A DNA stretch of 64,000 nt from Octopus sinensis. Taxonomy: Eukaryota. Positions 13,831 through 27,877 of this stretch are shown here, piece by piece. Made by a program: the position numbers and the translations under genes. Numbering within the stretch: the first letter of the stretch is position 1; each line of letters opens with the position of its first letter. The DNA lies in contig NC_043014.1 in the NCBI RefSeq assembly GCF_006345805.1, forward strand, positions 29,698,001 through 29,762,000. The letters run 5' to 3'. The notes under the pieces were generated by a model. That model was not told where the DNA came from, searched no databases, and saw only the letters and a list, made by a program, of their open reading frames with translations.

Positions 13831-14284
13831 ATGTTTTAAAGCATGACTGGAGAATTCAACCAACCAACATTTATTTCAGTTACAATTATATAGAGATTAC
13901 ATTTAGTTGTATCTCAGAGTTTTTAAATTGTTACTCATATGCAAAGAAATTATCAGATGAAATTCCTTGTGTACATATAATTTATCATTATCCCCAAAAT
14001 TTGATAAAATATCAATGGCTCATGAGACAAATATTTAATTATGTTGGTAATTGTAGCTTTTCTTTTATATCCCATTGTAATTTTTAGTCTCTCAAAAAGT
14101 TTTTCCTTTCTCTCTCTCTCTCTATGGGCAACTTTCAATAGGAAAATTATTTTCTGAAAAAGGATTTTCATATTGTTTCATCTAGAGTAATTTTCTTTCT
14201 TACATTTGTTTTATTCAGGAAAGAATAAATATGAATTTTTAAAATTCTGCTTAGGAATATTTAACACTTTTAGTTAAATGAAGA

Positions 14285-14288
<4 letters not shown>

Positions 14289-14349
<61 letters not shown>
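14289..14349. repeat. (TA)n microsatellite, about 30 units
   Basis: Direct reading. Other dinucleotide tracts at about 11038-11073, 23286-23363, 23801-23826, 31556-31593 and 37138-37236. Confidence 0.97.
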
Positions 14350-14351
<2 letters not shown>

Positions 14352-14361
14352 TTTATTTATT

Positions 14362-14735
14362 ATCTTTTACTTGTTCCAGTCATTAAACTACAGCCATTCT
14401 GGGGCATCACCATGAAGAGTTTTAGTTGAAAAAAACCAGCCCTAGTACTTATCTTCTTTTAAGCTTTCTTCTTATTCTATCAATCTCTTTTACCAAACCA
14501 TTACGTTACAGGAATGTGAACAAATCAACACCAGTTGTCAAGTGGTGGTAAGGGACAAACACAAAGACACAAATATATACACACACTCACAAACACACAT
14601 GATGGGCGGCTTCTTTCAGTTTCCTTGTTTCAAATCTATTCCTAGAAGACACTTGCTCAAGGTGCCATGCAGTGGGACTGAACCTAGAATCATGTGGTTG
14701 GGAAGCAAACTTCTTATCACACAGCCATATGCACA
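14362..14735 (-). mobile_element. tRNA-derived SINE family B (about 390 bp), older copy
   Basis: Reverse complement of the GGCTGTGTGGTAAG...CCACATG..GGTTCAGTCCCACTG...CAGCATGGCC..ACTGAAACAAGTAAAAGA consensus. Confidence 0.85.
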
Positions 14736-17700
14736 CTCATTATTTAGAATGCCATAGCTGAAAGTTGTCTTGTTCCTTCTACATGGCATACTTTTTACCA
14801 GGGGAAGACTGAGCTGTCAGTCTATCAGGCACTGCCTGAGGGCCAGGAGTGCTAGGGGCCCACACTCTACTAAAACACACATTCAAAAGAGCCTGGTAAA
14901 CAGTTATGCCCAAGGGCCCTTAATACTCTCAGTCTGCCCCTGCTTTTTACATTTCGGAGACATGTAGAAAGATTTTGTTTATAATTATTGTTAGCAAAGA
15001 TTTTTTTCTTCTTTTTCTTAAAGTAGTGCAGTAGTCTAGATACTAAACACATCTTTAAAGTTTATTCTGGTCTTCTCGACCTATTTCTAATTATGTAATA
15101 TGTACACATTTATGCAACTAACACTAAATAATTTCATTGTCATCTACTTATTCTTTTTCTCCTTACAGTTTATCCTATTAATTGCATTCAACACCAAAAT
15201 ATTTCATTTACTTACGCACTGCCATAGTAATAGTTACCAAACAATTGCACTGTAGGTATTATGTCACAAAATAGACTATCTTGCTCATCTGCATAAAACA
15301 GAGATAGGTTTGAAATAACAGCTGTTATTAAAATAATGTTGTTTTAATCTTGTCAGTCATATTTCAAATTTGTTGTTTAGTTTGGACATCTACATTGTTA
15401 GATAGTTACTTTTAATATTAGAATGTAGTTCATTATTATATATTTTTGAACTGATTAAACATAACATATAAATCCAGAATTGAGATATCTTATTCAGTCA
15501 GCTACTCTCAGAATATTTTTAAAATATATTTCTATGCTAGCAGTTGTTTTCTTAGTGAGTTTGAGTTTCACTGTCCCAAAAAGTATTTTAAATGGGAATG
15601 AAATTGTTATGTATGTATAATGTTACGTAATGTTGGATTCTGACTCAAAGACTCTACCCTTTTTTAAGAAATTACTCTTAGTCTTTATGAAAGTTATATA
15701 GATACATGTCCCCATGCCAGCCTGGAAGGTGGACGTTAAACGGTGGTGATGATGAATATCCATTTCTCCATGCTAGCATGGGTTGTACATGAACATAGAT
15801 AGATGAAGCAGGATCTTACAGCTGGATGCTTTTCATGTCACCACCATTAAGGAATTTCTATTTCACAGATACTCAAAAATGTGAAGCGGCTGACCATAAT
15901 GTCAATCAAGAATGTAAATATCAAATTACAATTTCGCTCATGTGAAGCAGTGGGATGTCAACATGCATGTGTGCACAAACACACACATAAAATCTATATG
16001 TATAAAAAATATATCAAAGTATTGGTGACAGATGTATACTGTAATTAATTGGATTTGGCAGAAGAACAGAAATGGATAAACTCGTTTCATCAACCAACTT
16101 TTTATCGAGACTTACATTTTATGATGCTAGAAAAAGTTGGTATCACTCATCTGGCTATTGAAGTCAAGTCTTAAAACTAAAAACATACAAGATAGAGACA
16201 TAAGACTGGTATGGAAAACACAGACGGATACAGGGCATTAAAAAAAATTTTCTTTTGACCTGAGACAAACACACAGTGGACCTCATTTTTATCTACCAAA
16301 TTCACTTCAAATTTTCATCAACCAAATTACAGCCTATGATAAAGTAGGAGACACTTACCAAAGGTCCCATGCTGTAAGGAGTGAGTCTGAAATTATGTAA
16401 TTGTGAAGCAAACTTCTTAACAAAATAAATAATGATTCTATAGTTAGGCAGTAGGAAAAGAATCTTAATTATTATTCTAGCAACACAAATATGCAAATGG
16501 GTATATGTCAACATGGGGGAAAGTTATGAAATATGAACATTTACTCTTTTATTTCGTTTGTTTAGAAATGTTTTTAATTCTTTTTCTTATTTGCTATTGA
16601 AAATTATAACTAATAGTGCTTTGAGAAAGAGAGAGTTTAAAGATAAAATCTATCTTGGCTCTACATGCAAGATTAAATCACTTTCATTAGTTGTTATTCT
16701 TAAACTTGCTTGAAAATAATACCCTTAATTTTAATATTTATGAAAGACATTTATATACGTTTATGTATGTATGTTTTGGGCTAATTATAACAACAGCAGG
16801 ATCTCCAAGACTAGTGGGAAGAACTTATCCACATACCAGAGACTTGGCTTCCATGTTTTAACAACTGAGTGAACTCTGCTACCGGCACCAAAAGCCAGGA
16901 AGTGGTAGTAAGTTGGTCATTGATTAAGTCTACCATTTAACAGAAATGGTCCCTATGATAGCATGCCATACACAGTTTCCATCTGCCAGATTTCATTCAA
17001 AGATTTGGTTGAGGTAAATTCTATGCACAGTAGAATTGAAACCTGAAACCATGTAGTTGTGAAACATATTTCTTAACCATTCAACCCTGTCTTCACCCAA
17101 GACTTTATATAAAAGACACATCCTTGAAAGTTAAACAAAATTTAGAATAACTTCTTGTTAGCTGTATATAAGATCAAATATCCTGTATAAAATTTAAACT
17201 GGAATTGAAAATGTTAAATCAAATATTGAAAGTTTAGGCTATATAGTGTGTGACTTTGTTGTTTTATTCTTATTCGAGGCTGACACGTTACCCGAGTACT
17301 TGGGTAAAATGCTGGGCAAGACGCTTTCAATTCAGAAGTTAATTTGGTTGTCTCTATGTGTGCATGATAGACATTCCGTCTGTTTCAAATTTCAAGCCAT
17401 TGTATACAAGACCAGTTTTGAATTGACAAAAAAGCTTCCCTTTCTGAACAGTATTTCTGCATTTAAATCTGGTGATTTTGCTATGCACAGCTGTTACATT
17501 GTGATTTTCTGCAAATATTTTCTAAAATATTCCTTCGAATTTTGAAGTTTTTAATTATTTATTTAAATTGAGCATTTATCTGAATTTTTTTTTATTTTGT
17601 CTTTGGAAATTATTGTATAACTGTTTTGTATTGTTTGTTAAAAAAATTTTTCAAAGCAAATAACTTATTTTTCTTGATTATTTCTAAATATACAACTTAC

Positions 17701-20700
17701 CAACGTAAATATTGTAAATTGAATGAAATAACCGCATAGAAAAGCTGTTTGTAAGCTCTATAGCAACTATTTTATCAGCTAAATAGTATGATTTCCTAAT
17801 GATAATGATTATCACTTGAGAGTGAATGCGTGGGTCAGAGGTGATATCATTACAAGGACAGATAGCCTAACACATACAAATAAACAAAACCACTCACATA
17901 GTAACACCATTTATATTGATTCCCTTCAATCTAGGTTGTTGCCTCCCCTGTCTTGCTTATCGTTCATCCTCTCTCCGTCTTTCTCTTTCTGTCTCTCTCT
18001 CTTTCACTCACCTATTTTGTTCCTTACCACTATTCCCTGTTGTCAGCATATGTGTTTCTCTCCCTCCCCATTTACACCCTGTCTAGTGCAAGCAGCCTGT
18101 TACTGCTGCTGACTGTGCCGACTGCTGCTACTGCTGCTGTAGTCCTTGTCTAGACAGCCTTCTAGGTCAACTAGTCATTTTGCTAAAATAAATATAAATA
18201 AAACAGATGAGAAAGGAAATAAAAAGTAGGCCTGCTACTACTGCTATTGACACTGAGCATCACAGCTGATGACAAGGAAAGTATGAGGGCTTAACCTGGC
18301 AGCAACAAACAGATTGCGTAGTTCTTCAGTCTTTCTTTTTATTTTTCTTTCCTTCTATTTGTTTATTTAAATAACTAAGGTAACATTTTATATTCTTTAT
18401 GGTTCTAATAGTCTTCCAAATTTTTACAGTGTTAATACTTTCTCTATTTAGCCAGAAAATTTTAACGAAGTAAAAAAGAATATATATAAAAAAGATGCCT
18501 TTTTTTTGCTTCCTCTGCATTATTTTCAATATTTTCAGCTGTTTGTCGTTTAACCATTACAAACTAAACTGTCAAAGAATACTTGTAAATTTGTTTTATT
18601 TTAAAACCAGTTTAACATAGAGTACTTTAGTTTTTGTTGCAATAAACTTATTTACTAATATAAGTTTACAACATCTATTCATTTAAATTATTTAAATATT
18701 TGGTTATTAAAGTCTTGTATTTATCTAAAATAATGTTTATGGGCTCTTATATTGCTTCTGATAAGTATGTGGTCACTTCTTAAAATTATATCCTCTGTAC
18801 ATATGTAGACTGTTAGTTTAATCTCTGGCTTCAGTACCTGTTAACAGAGGTTCAATTTCGCATTATTGATTGTTAAATGTTTAATTGAGTTAATCTCCTA
18901 TTTTCATGCAGTAAGTCCTCACTAATCATTGACACTGAATGCGTAATCTATTGGAATAATGAGACTTAACAAGTGAAAGTTGTGAACTAATAGATTTTCT
19001 GTCTTATGGGGGAGGGTGTCAATTTGCAGAAATCATATGATGATCATGTATCAGCTGACAGCTTTTTTTTCTTTCTTATGAACATTCCATGTATATGCAA
19101 TGAAGTATTTAGTTTTCAAAACTTAGCTCATTATTTAAAATACAATTATGGCTTATGCTATTAATATTTGCATCTTATAAAAATGAAAAACAATTTCTGT
19201 TCTACATACAAAAAGGTTAATTTTAATGTTTAAGTTACTCTTTTGATATAATGAAGTAAAAGAAAAGAAAAAGTCCTTAACCCCAAGTATCTTTTCTTCA
19301 TGAATTCTATGCATTTTGAACATTTAATCTGATCTGATTAGTCTTATTTGTTATAATAAACTTGAATTCCATGATTCCTAGGCACTTATTACTGTTACAG
19401 TAATTTATATCCAGAACTATTATATTGGAAAAATTCAGGATTGTACTGCCTAGAATAATTTCAAAGTAGACATTTTTTCCATGTCCCATGATGCATAACT
19501 CTTTGGAAGTTTCACTTTCAGTCACAGACTGACATACCAAACTTTTTGTGTTCTATGAGCTTGATTTTTTTTTTTTGAGGAATAGTCATACATACATAAA
19601 ATTAATTAAACTCGAAATATTTAATTTGAATGCATATCCACCAAGAAATGTATTTTGAATACTTTATCTTTTTACACTGGAAGTATGTGATAAAAATTAT
19701 TTGAATTTGTCGTTTAAAAGAACTTAACCAAACAGTTTCAAAGTTTAAATTCTAGAAACTTGTTCTCTATTATTCTATTTAGCTATTATATAAATGTTTA
19801 TTTTTAATGAAATTGCTAAAATAAATTGTTTTAGCAAACTGATGCAATTCAGTATTTGTGAACAATTAAATGCTGATGAACTTGCTTCTAACACCTGCTG
19901 ATCTTCTTACCTGTGCAGCTTTTTAATTATTTCACATCAACTTTCATTATTCAGTTCAAATATAAACTTTATTTGGTCATTAGTTAAATGTAATTTTCAA
20001 AAGGTTACATGTTTCTATTAAAAAAAAATTCCTTTCAAATTACGTTTTCTCTTTATTAATGAACAATTTAAATACTAAATAGGAAAGATATGTTTTTTTT
20101 TGTATTTCGTTTACTTTAATGGGCAATTTAGTTAACTATAACACTTAAGAGTCATATGATAAAACATTTCTCATGTGATTTTTGTGTGTGTATATATGTG
20201 TGCAAATGTATAGGTGTTATTTCTTGATCTCACTCTATAATTGTGTTCATATATATCATTCTGTCTGCATTATATCTATATACATATTTTATGTGTGTGT
20301 GTGTATGTGTGAGAACATTGTTGTTTCTTTGTGAAAACATATATAACTGTGGAACCTTTTGTGAAGCAGACTCTTATGACTAGACAGACTGGCTGTTAGC
20401 AACAACAAATTATGTATATTTTTGTCCACTTACTCAGAGATTGTTAGCTCATTGATTGGGGTTTGTCTGACTGTTAGCAGTAATATAATATGCATATACT
20501 TGTCTGTCTGCTGTGTGACAGTAACCAGTTTCAGACAACCTTTTAGTTGGTAACAACTTCCCACCCAGTCTATCTTCATGGCCCCCACGCAGTACAAAGT
20601 AACTGATCCCAGACTGGTCATTTCCTGTAGCTCCTAATTTGTTTTTTTTGGTTATTGATGAACTTGTATGGAATAGTATATCAAGATTTCAATACATTTT

Positions 20701-20872
20701 TATAGTATTTTATTCCGGCCTTATGTATGTTAATTTTTCTTCTACAGATTCCTTTTCTTCCTTATATGTGTAATGTTATTGCAAGGGGGAGGAGATTATG
20801 TTCCAGTCTGTTGCCTGCTGCTAACTAGTCTTTCCACTACACTGTCTGCCTCAAATATATACTTTCTGCTAG

Positions 20873-20927
20873 GTTACATTATGATGACATCGTTGACTGT
20901 AAATGTATGCCTGAACCTAACTGTCTG
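20873..20927 (+). other. Candidate exon (alternative acceptor at 20748)
   Basis: Acceptors TTTTTCTTCTACAG| (20747) and TACTTTCTGCTAG| (20872); donor CTG|GTGAGA at 20927/20928; lies in a repeat-free island. Confidence 0.35.
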
Positions 20928-22360
20928 GTGAGACTTTGGCTGGGCATCTTCATAACTGTCATGGCAGCAACAGTCTGGCTGACTAATTTTTTTCTTTTAC
21001 TTTCTTTCATTTCATTCTTTTCACCATTACTGAAAAGAGAAATAAAAGAAAAACGATGCTGCTAGAATATTTCTTCACATAGACAAATTAGTATTCCAAT
21101 AAATTTTTTGTTCTTTTTGTTACTGTTCATTCATTTTGTTACTGATTTGTTTCTCTCCTTTTCCACAAAGTTAATATTTCCCATATCAGTTTTAATAAAT
21201 ACTATCTTTAAAGTGTTTATTTTGGTATATGTACTCATATTTCTTGAGAATTTAATAATGCTTAAATGGGAAAATCATTAAGAATCTTGATGATTTTTTG
21301 ATAGCTTTTTAAAATGCTTTTAGATGCAGTTTTTTGTTTATGTTATTGTTACTATTTCGTTTTGGTCATTGAGTTGAAATAACTTTATGAATTGCATCGA
21401 TCAGAGTAGTATTTCTTTTCATCTAACTTCTAGAGTTCTTTTAGATTACAGAAAATGGTTTCATCATTAAATTTGTATCATTTTCCTATTGCATGTCACT
21501 TATTCATAAGTTATATTGTTCTTACAGTCATAGTTTTTAACTTGTAAATGTTTTCAAAATCTCATCTTGCTCATTTATGAAGTTCAGAATTATTCTTTGA
21601 GTACAATTAAGCTTAATTTTAATACAATTCAGTCGCTTTTATCATTTATGAAGTATTTAAAAGCTTTGAATTTAGTGTTGAGAAAAACTTTTTTCTTTTT
21701 TTTAAAACAGAAAGTTTGCAAATTTCACTTTTTTCACTTAAGTCTAATAGAATTATTTCCTTTGTGGGGTTGTTGACGTATGTTCTATATGTCTTTTCAA
21801 TGATGATCTCTCCTTGGATCATTTGGGTTTGTAAGAAATAAGAAATAAAAAGTAGAAAATAAGTTAGTTTTAGAGATAGGTAATCAGGAGCTCTACTGTT
21901 TAAATAACCAAATAGGATTTCAAATGCCAACTTAGAATGCTACTTCTATATCATTTGTTGTAAAAAGGCTACCCTGATGTAAATATTTGTATTTGAATAT
22001 GCTGCCTTATCTATGCTAAAAAGATGTTTAGTCGCAGAAACAAAGTTATACTTTCTTTAAAGGTTGAATTTTAATAGAATGCAAGCTCATATTTTTAAGT
22101 CAGCAGCTATGTAAAACTATCCTGTAGAGTTGCTTTAGTGAATTATACTTACAAGGTGTCAATATTAAAAAAACAAACAAACTAAAGTAACTAGGTAGTC
22201 TGTATGTGGATACATTGTGAATAAATTTACAATTAGTATTTTCTACATATAAGTAAAACTTCTTTCAATTGTTTACATTTTGTATTTACATATATTATAG
22301 ACAGAAGGTAGTTTCAATAACTTTCCAAAGTATGATTTTACCAAAAATGTCTACAATATA

Positions 22361-22749
22361 GGCGTAGGAGTGGCTGTGTGGTAAGTAGCTTGCTTACGAA
22401 CCACATGGTTCCGGGTTCAGTCCCACTGCGTGGCACCTTGGGTAACTGTCTTCTACTATAGCCTCGGGCCAACCAAAGCCTTGTGAGTGGATTTAGTAGA
22501 CGGAAACTGAAAGAAGCCCATCGTATATATGTATGTGCGTCTTTGTGTGTCTGTATTTGTCCTCCCAACATCGCTTGACAACCGATGCTGGTGTGTTTAC
22601 GTCCCTGTAACTTAGCGGTACGGCAAAAAAGAGACCGATAGAATAAGTACTAGGCTTACAAAGAATAAGTCCTGGGGTCGATTTGATCGACTAAAGGCGG
22701 TGCTCCAGCATGGCCACAGTCACATGACTGAAACAAGTAAAAGAGTAAA
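22361..22749 (+). mobile_element. SINE family B, young full-length copy
   Basis: GGCGTAGGAGTGGCTGTGTGGTAAGTAGCTTGC...GGTTCAGTCCCACTGCGTGGCACCTTGG...GAAACAAGTAAAAGAG. Confidence 0.93.
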
Positions 22750-22879
22750 TTATAATTGGTAGTTGTCATGCTTTCTTCATCTGATAAATTTGGTTTAAAT
22801 TTCTATCGAAATTACTTTATAACTGCTATATTGCAATGTCATCATACTGTTGCCATTTTGACATTCATGTTTCCCTATT

Positions 22880-23100
22880 AACATCGAATGAATAGATCTG
22901 TAGCACAACATCTCATCAATGAAGCCCAGTATCCTAATTTACCACTTTTTCTCATTTCCTTTCTGTATCAGTATTAGGCACATTTTCACCCACAACTTAT
23001 CAATTCACATCACTTGTCCATGCCATTATAGTTATCTCTCCTGCATACATTAGCTGATGCCTTTAATTTTCTCAGTTTATTTACACTGCAACTTCTTTGA
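22880..23100 (-). mobile_element. RTE-clade LINE 3' relic
   Basis: Minus translation IKGIS*CMQER*L*WHGQVM resembles the RTE motif GIRCxVQERRLRWxGHVxRM. Confidence 0.5.
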
Positions 23101-23118
23101 AAGTTAATATTTTTATCT

Positions 23119-23291
23119 CTTACTCTTACTTGTTTCAGTCATTTGACTGTGGCCATGCTGGAGCACCGCCTTTAGTCGAGCAAATCGACCCCGGGACTTA
23201 TTCTTTGTAAGCCCAGTACTTATTCTATCGGTCTCTTTTGCCGAACCGCTAAGTAACGGGGACGTAAACACACAAACATATACACACACAT

Positions 23292-23345
<54 letters not shown>

Positions 23346-23527
23346 CATATATATACATATATATGACAGGCTTCTTTCAGTTTCTGTCTACCAAATCCAT
23401 TCACAAGGCATTGGTTGGCCCGGGACTATAGCAGAAGACACTTGCCCAAGATGCCACGCAGTGGAACTGAACCCGGAACCATGTGGTTGGTTAGCAAGCT
23501 ACTTACCACACAGCCACTCCTGCGCCT
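23119..23527 (-). mobile_element. SINE family B, young full-length copy (inverted to 22361-22749)
   Basis: Near-exact reverse complement of the upstream copy with an expanded internal (TA)n. Confidence 0.93.
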
Positions 23528-23795
23528 ATATCATATCTGGTATATCATATCCATCTCATGCTTCAGCTAATTTTCCCCATCCAAAGCCTACGCAGCATCA
23601 CAAATATGGAGAAAAAAAGCTTGTTTATTGCCAACAACTGAAACTTGTACTGCTCCTTCATTCTAGTTACTCTGTTTTATTATAACCATTCCTTCCATGA
23701 ATTTGGTTGACTGTCTATTACTCCTGTTGAGCCTTTTCAATAGCTTATGGTGAGTTCCTTTGCAATTAATTACTGCGACAAATACATCACATATA

Positions 23796-23826
<31 letters not shown>

Positions 23827-23827
<1 letters not shown>

Positions 23828-24050
23828 ACATCATCATTTAATGTTCATTTTCCATGCTGGCATGGGTTAGATGGTTTGACTGAAACTGATAAGCTGGAGG
23901 GCTGCACCAGGTTCCCGTCTGATTTGGCATGATTTCTACAACTGGATGCCCTTTCTAATGTTAACCACTCCAAGAGTGTAATGGGTGCTTTTTATGTGCC
24001 GCTGGCATGGATGTCACTTACATGACACTGGCAACAGCCACAACTGTGAT
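23827..24050 (-). mobile_element. SINE family E (RTE-type 3' tail with (GAT)n)
   Basis: CATCAT..TTTCCATGCTGGCATGGGTT..GGAGGGCTGCACCAGG..CTGGATGCCCTT..AACCACTC consensus shared with 33968, 36950, 41030 and 59433. Confidence 0.75.
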
Positions 24051-24254
24051 TTCAGCTGGCTTATACACACACATACCATCCTTTATGCTAGGACATCCAG
24101 TTAACTGGCATAAATATATCTGGAAATTTATATTGCAACAACAGTCAGTATTCATTTGCCATCTTCATAATGAGGGGTCATTTTGTAACAGAAATTTAAT
24201 TATCTTTATAAAGCTTGCACATTAGTTTATGTAGAACCTAATATACATATTAGG

Positions 24255-24645
24255 TGCAGACATGGCTGTGTGGTTCAGGAGCTCACTTTGCATCCATGTA
24301 TTTTGGGTTCAGTCCTATTGCACCTTGGACAAAGTCTTCCACTTTTATAGCCCCAGGCCAACCATTGCCCTTGTGAGTGAATTTAGTTAAAGAAAACTGT
24401 GGTAGGTCATCGTGTGTGTGTGTGTGTGCATGCGTGCCTTTGTCTTTGCTACCTCTTCCAACATTCTTTGGATCAACAAGTGATGATAGTTTCTTTACAT
24501 CCCTGTTATTTAGCACTTTGACAAAAGAGATCAATAAAATAAGTACCAAACTTAACAATGAGTACTGGTGTAGAATTTGACTAAATCCTTTAAGGTGGTG
24601 CCCCATCATAGCTGCAGGCCAATGACTGAAACAAGTAAAAGATAG
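24255..24645 (+). mobile_element. SINE family B, older copy
   Basis: CATGGCTGTGTGGTT...GGTTCAGTCCTATTGCACCTTGG...ACTGAAACAAGTAAAAGA. Confidence 0.85.
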
Positions 24646-26139
24646 AAGAAAATAAATATATTGCTTGATACAAACTAAAATGTAATTTATTCAATTATTT
24701 CTTCAATTTTCAACTGAATGGGGCATTAAAATAAGTAATTTCAATTAGATTTTCAAAATATTCCTTACATTTTTTTCTCTCCACATCCTTTGCTTTTGTT
24801 TTACATACATTTGATATTTATGAAGATTTTGAAAGTTGCATTCAAAAATGTATAATGAACCTTTTTTTTAGGTCATTAATTAACCATTATTTTCACCTGG
24901 GATGTCATTATCATCAGCTTAGTATCCATTTTTACATTTAGGTTATATTTGAAGAGTCAACAATTTATTATCTCTCTGCATCTCAATGTCTTGTACTGTT
25001 TGTGAAATCCAGTATTCTCAACTCTCTCTAACTTCTTTACCCTTTTCCTTCACCATGCATCATCCATTTGTTTTTATATGTCCTTATCCATGCAATTATT
25101 TTTACATTATCTAAGTTTTTCCCTTAATTCATTCCCAAACACCACAATTGAAACACTTGAAACTTTACATCACTGCATAGAATATTTGCAAACTTCATGC
25201 TTTTTTCTCTTTTATTAATTAGCTAAGTAAACTTATTATATAGCTTTTTTGTTTGTCCTCTGTATATAATGATCTTATTTTCCTTCCTTCTTTCCATCTC
25301 ATATACTTTATAACATTTGTGACTGCACTATTTCAACATTCTGTTGCCAGCTGTTAGGTGAGATTCCTGTTCCAGTCACAGCACTATTAGTAAGTCACCT
25401 AGAAACACCACTGTGTTCTAAACCATTGGAATTTTCTTTATACAAATAATTATTTTATTGAGTGGAAACTGGCTCTTACAGAGGCAGCCTTTTTGCATGC
25501 CCTTCTTTCTAATATATAATCTATAACAGAAACATGGGCTTCTCTTTTGTAATTAGAAATCAATTTTATCCTTAGTTCTCACGAAAATGGCTGGCAACTA
25601 GTTGGCTGTTTGGTTTCTAGATCCATGATATAAGTAAATTTTCTAGTTGCTGTGATGAATTAATGGAACAGATGAGAAAATTGGCAAGTTCAGAAAAGGA
25701 AATTTCATTGTAGCTACAGTGCAAGTGGTTACCGAAGACCTTGGTTCTACAATGGTCCAGTTTCTGAGTGGGTTTGCTCACCGAGTGAAGTTTTGTCCTG
25801 TAGAACTGTTATTCTTGAGTAGCTCCAATCAACTCTGCCTTATGACAGCAAATGCTTGGCAGTAACCTATAGGTACACCTTCCTGATTTTATTTTTAATC
25901 TGGTTTAAGGTCTTGTATACTCCTCTGTGTAGTCTTTGTTGTGGTATATGGTTTGCTATCCAGTCAAGGATACTGTGCTACATGTGATTTATTGAAGTGT
26001 TATATATGCTAAATTGGACTTTTAGTTTCCCCCCCCTCTCTTCTTATTTTTAATAAGTTTGATACACAAATATAAGTTTGTGTTTTCCAGTGTTATGTTA
26101 GGAGGAGTGATATTGGTAAGAAAAGAACTGGTAGCTTCT

Positions 26140-27002
26140 AATATATACCTAAAAGTATCCGGAAACATTCTCTGTGGGACAAGCCCGTTTTTAGTTCTGG
26201 CTTCTTCCACTAGAAGCAACCCTCAGACATCAGTCTGCCAACCAGTGCCATCGGGTAGGGTCATACTGCCACATGGTGTGTCTTTGTTTTGCAGTACTTC
26301 TCCCTTGTTCATCAATTTTTGTGATGGCTGAAACAAAGAAGCAGTGTGCCTCCATCGAATTCTGTTTTCTGCTGGGGAAAACAGCAGCTGAAACAGTTGT
26401 CATGCTTCAAACAGCTTACAAGGATGCTGCCATGAGCAAGACACAAGTTTACAAGTGGTTTCCACGCTTTAGGAATCGTCACTTATTTGAAGACCAACCT
26501 CGATCAGGACAACCATCAACCGAACAAATGAAAACATCACAAAAATTCATGAACTGATCTTGAATAACTGTCATGGAATAACTGATGAACTTGTTGATAT
26601 GACTGGTGTGCCCTGGAGCTCCAGCTAAGGAATTTTGAGCAAGGAGTTGCGAATGAAAAGAGTTGCAGTAAAATTTGTGCCTCTCTTGCACATGGAAGAT
26701 CAAAAACAGTCATGACTGAATGCATGTTGTGAACTGAAACAACATTTGAAAATTGATCCAGACCTTTTTTAAGGTTATCACTGGTGACAAAAGCTGGTGC
26801 TATGGAATTTACAGATGTGGTAGAGACAAAGAAAAAAAGGACAGAGGTATTGAAAGGCATCACATTGCAAGAGTTCCAGCACAGCTTCGAATGAGCCTGC
26901 TTCAAATGAGGAATATTTTGAAGATGATAAAAATGTAAACATGTAAAACTAAGTGAATGAAATAATATTGCAAAATTCCAGTTTCTTTTGGGTACCCCTT
27001 CG
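26140..27002 (+). mobile_element. Mariner (DD34D-type) relic with internal deletion
   Basis: From ATG 26324: MAETKKQCASIEFCFLLGKTAAETVVMLQTAYKDAAMSKTQVYKWFPRF..EDQPRSGQPST (mariner HTH), then KRVAVKFVP and KVITGDKSWCYG; 3' TIR TTTCTTTTGGGTACCCCTTCG followed by TA; frameshifted. Confidence 0.9.
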
Positions 27003-27877
27003 TATTTGGTTTGGCTATATTAAGGAATCTCAAAAAATGTGATAGTACTATCATAGCTATTGAATTTTGTGTTAACATACTATGGAAATCGTATGTACAT
27101 TGTTTGAAAAAGCTGAGAAATTTGACAAAATCTTGTAGATTTGTATTCGCAAAGCCTTGGAAATTTTGTTATAGTCTGTGGCATTGTCTTGACTTCTTAA
27201 CCAATATTTGGCGTAGGTAGCTGAGTGGATTGTTGAGTATATTTATATATTTGATCAGTAGAGGGTTGAATTAAGAATTGATCCCTATGATTGGTAGCAT
27301 GGTGTGTAATGGAAGATATCTAATTAATGTGAGAAGTTAATAAGTAGCATGTGTTGAATGCTGGTAAAATGCAGTCAAACAGACTAGAAGTTTCTTTCTT
27401 TGAAGAGCAATATTTGATGTTTGAGTCTGTGGATAAGTGATGTGATGCAGTTTGGTTTAGTAGGATTTTGGATTTGATTTGATAATCTAAGATAGGTATG
27501 AGACTTGATGCATTTTACATATGTTTATCACTTCATTATGGAACATTGTTTTCCTTTTTACTCCTACTTTAGTCTTTGTGAGAAAAAGCATGAAAGCCTA
27601 AAAGTGATAAGTGTTTTGTTTAAACAGTTACTGGCTATTAAAGTAGTTGGGCAATTTAATCCAAGTGGCAATTATTCAAGAAGTGGAATACTTTAATGAC
27701 TATTACTTCAATTCCTGTTGCAATATGTTACTCTTGCAAAGCATTTTTTTTTTGTATGTGTAGAAAATAACATTCTTTTAGTGTTAAGTATCAGCAAAGA
27801 CTAACATTGTCTAAACCTTTTTATTCACTATAAACATCACACCCTACTAATCAGGATCTTCCTTATTGTACTAATTC

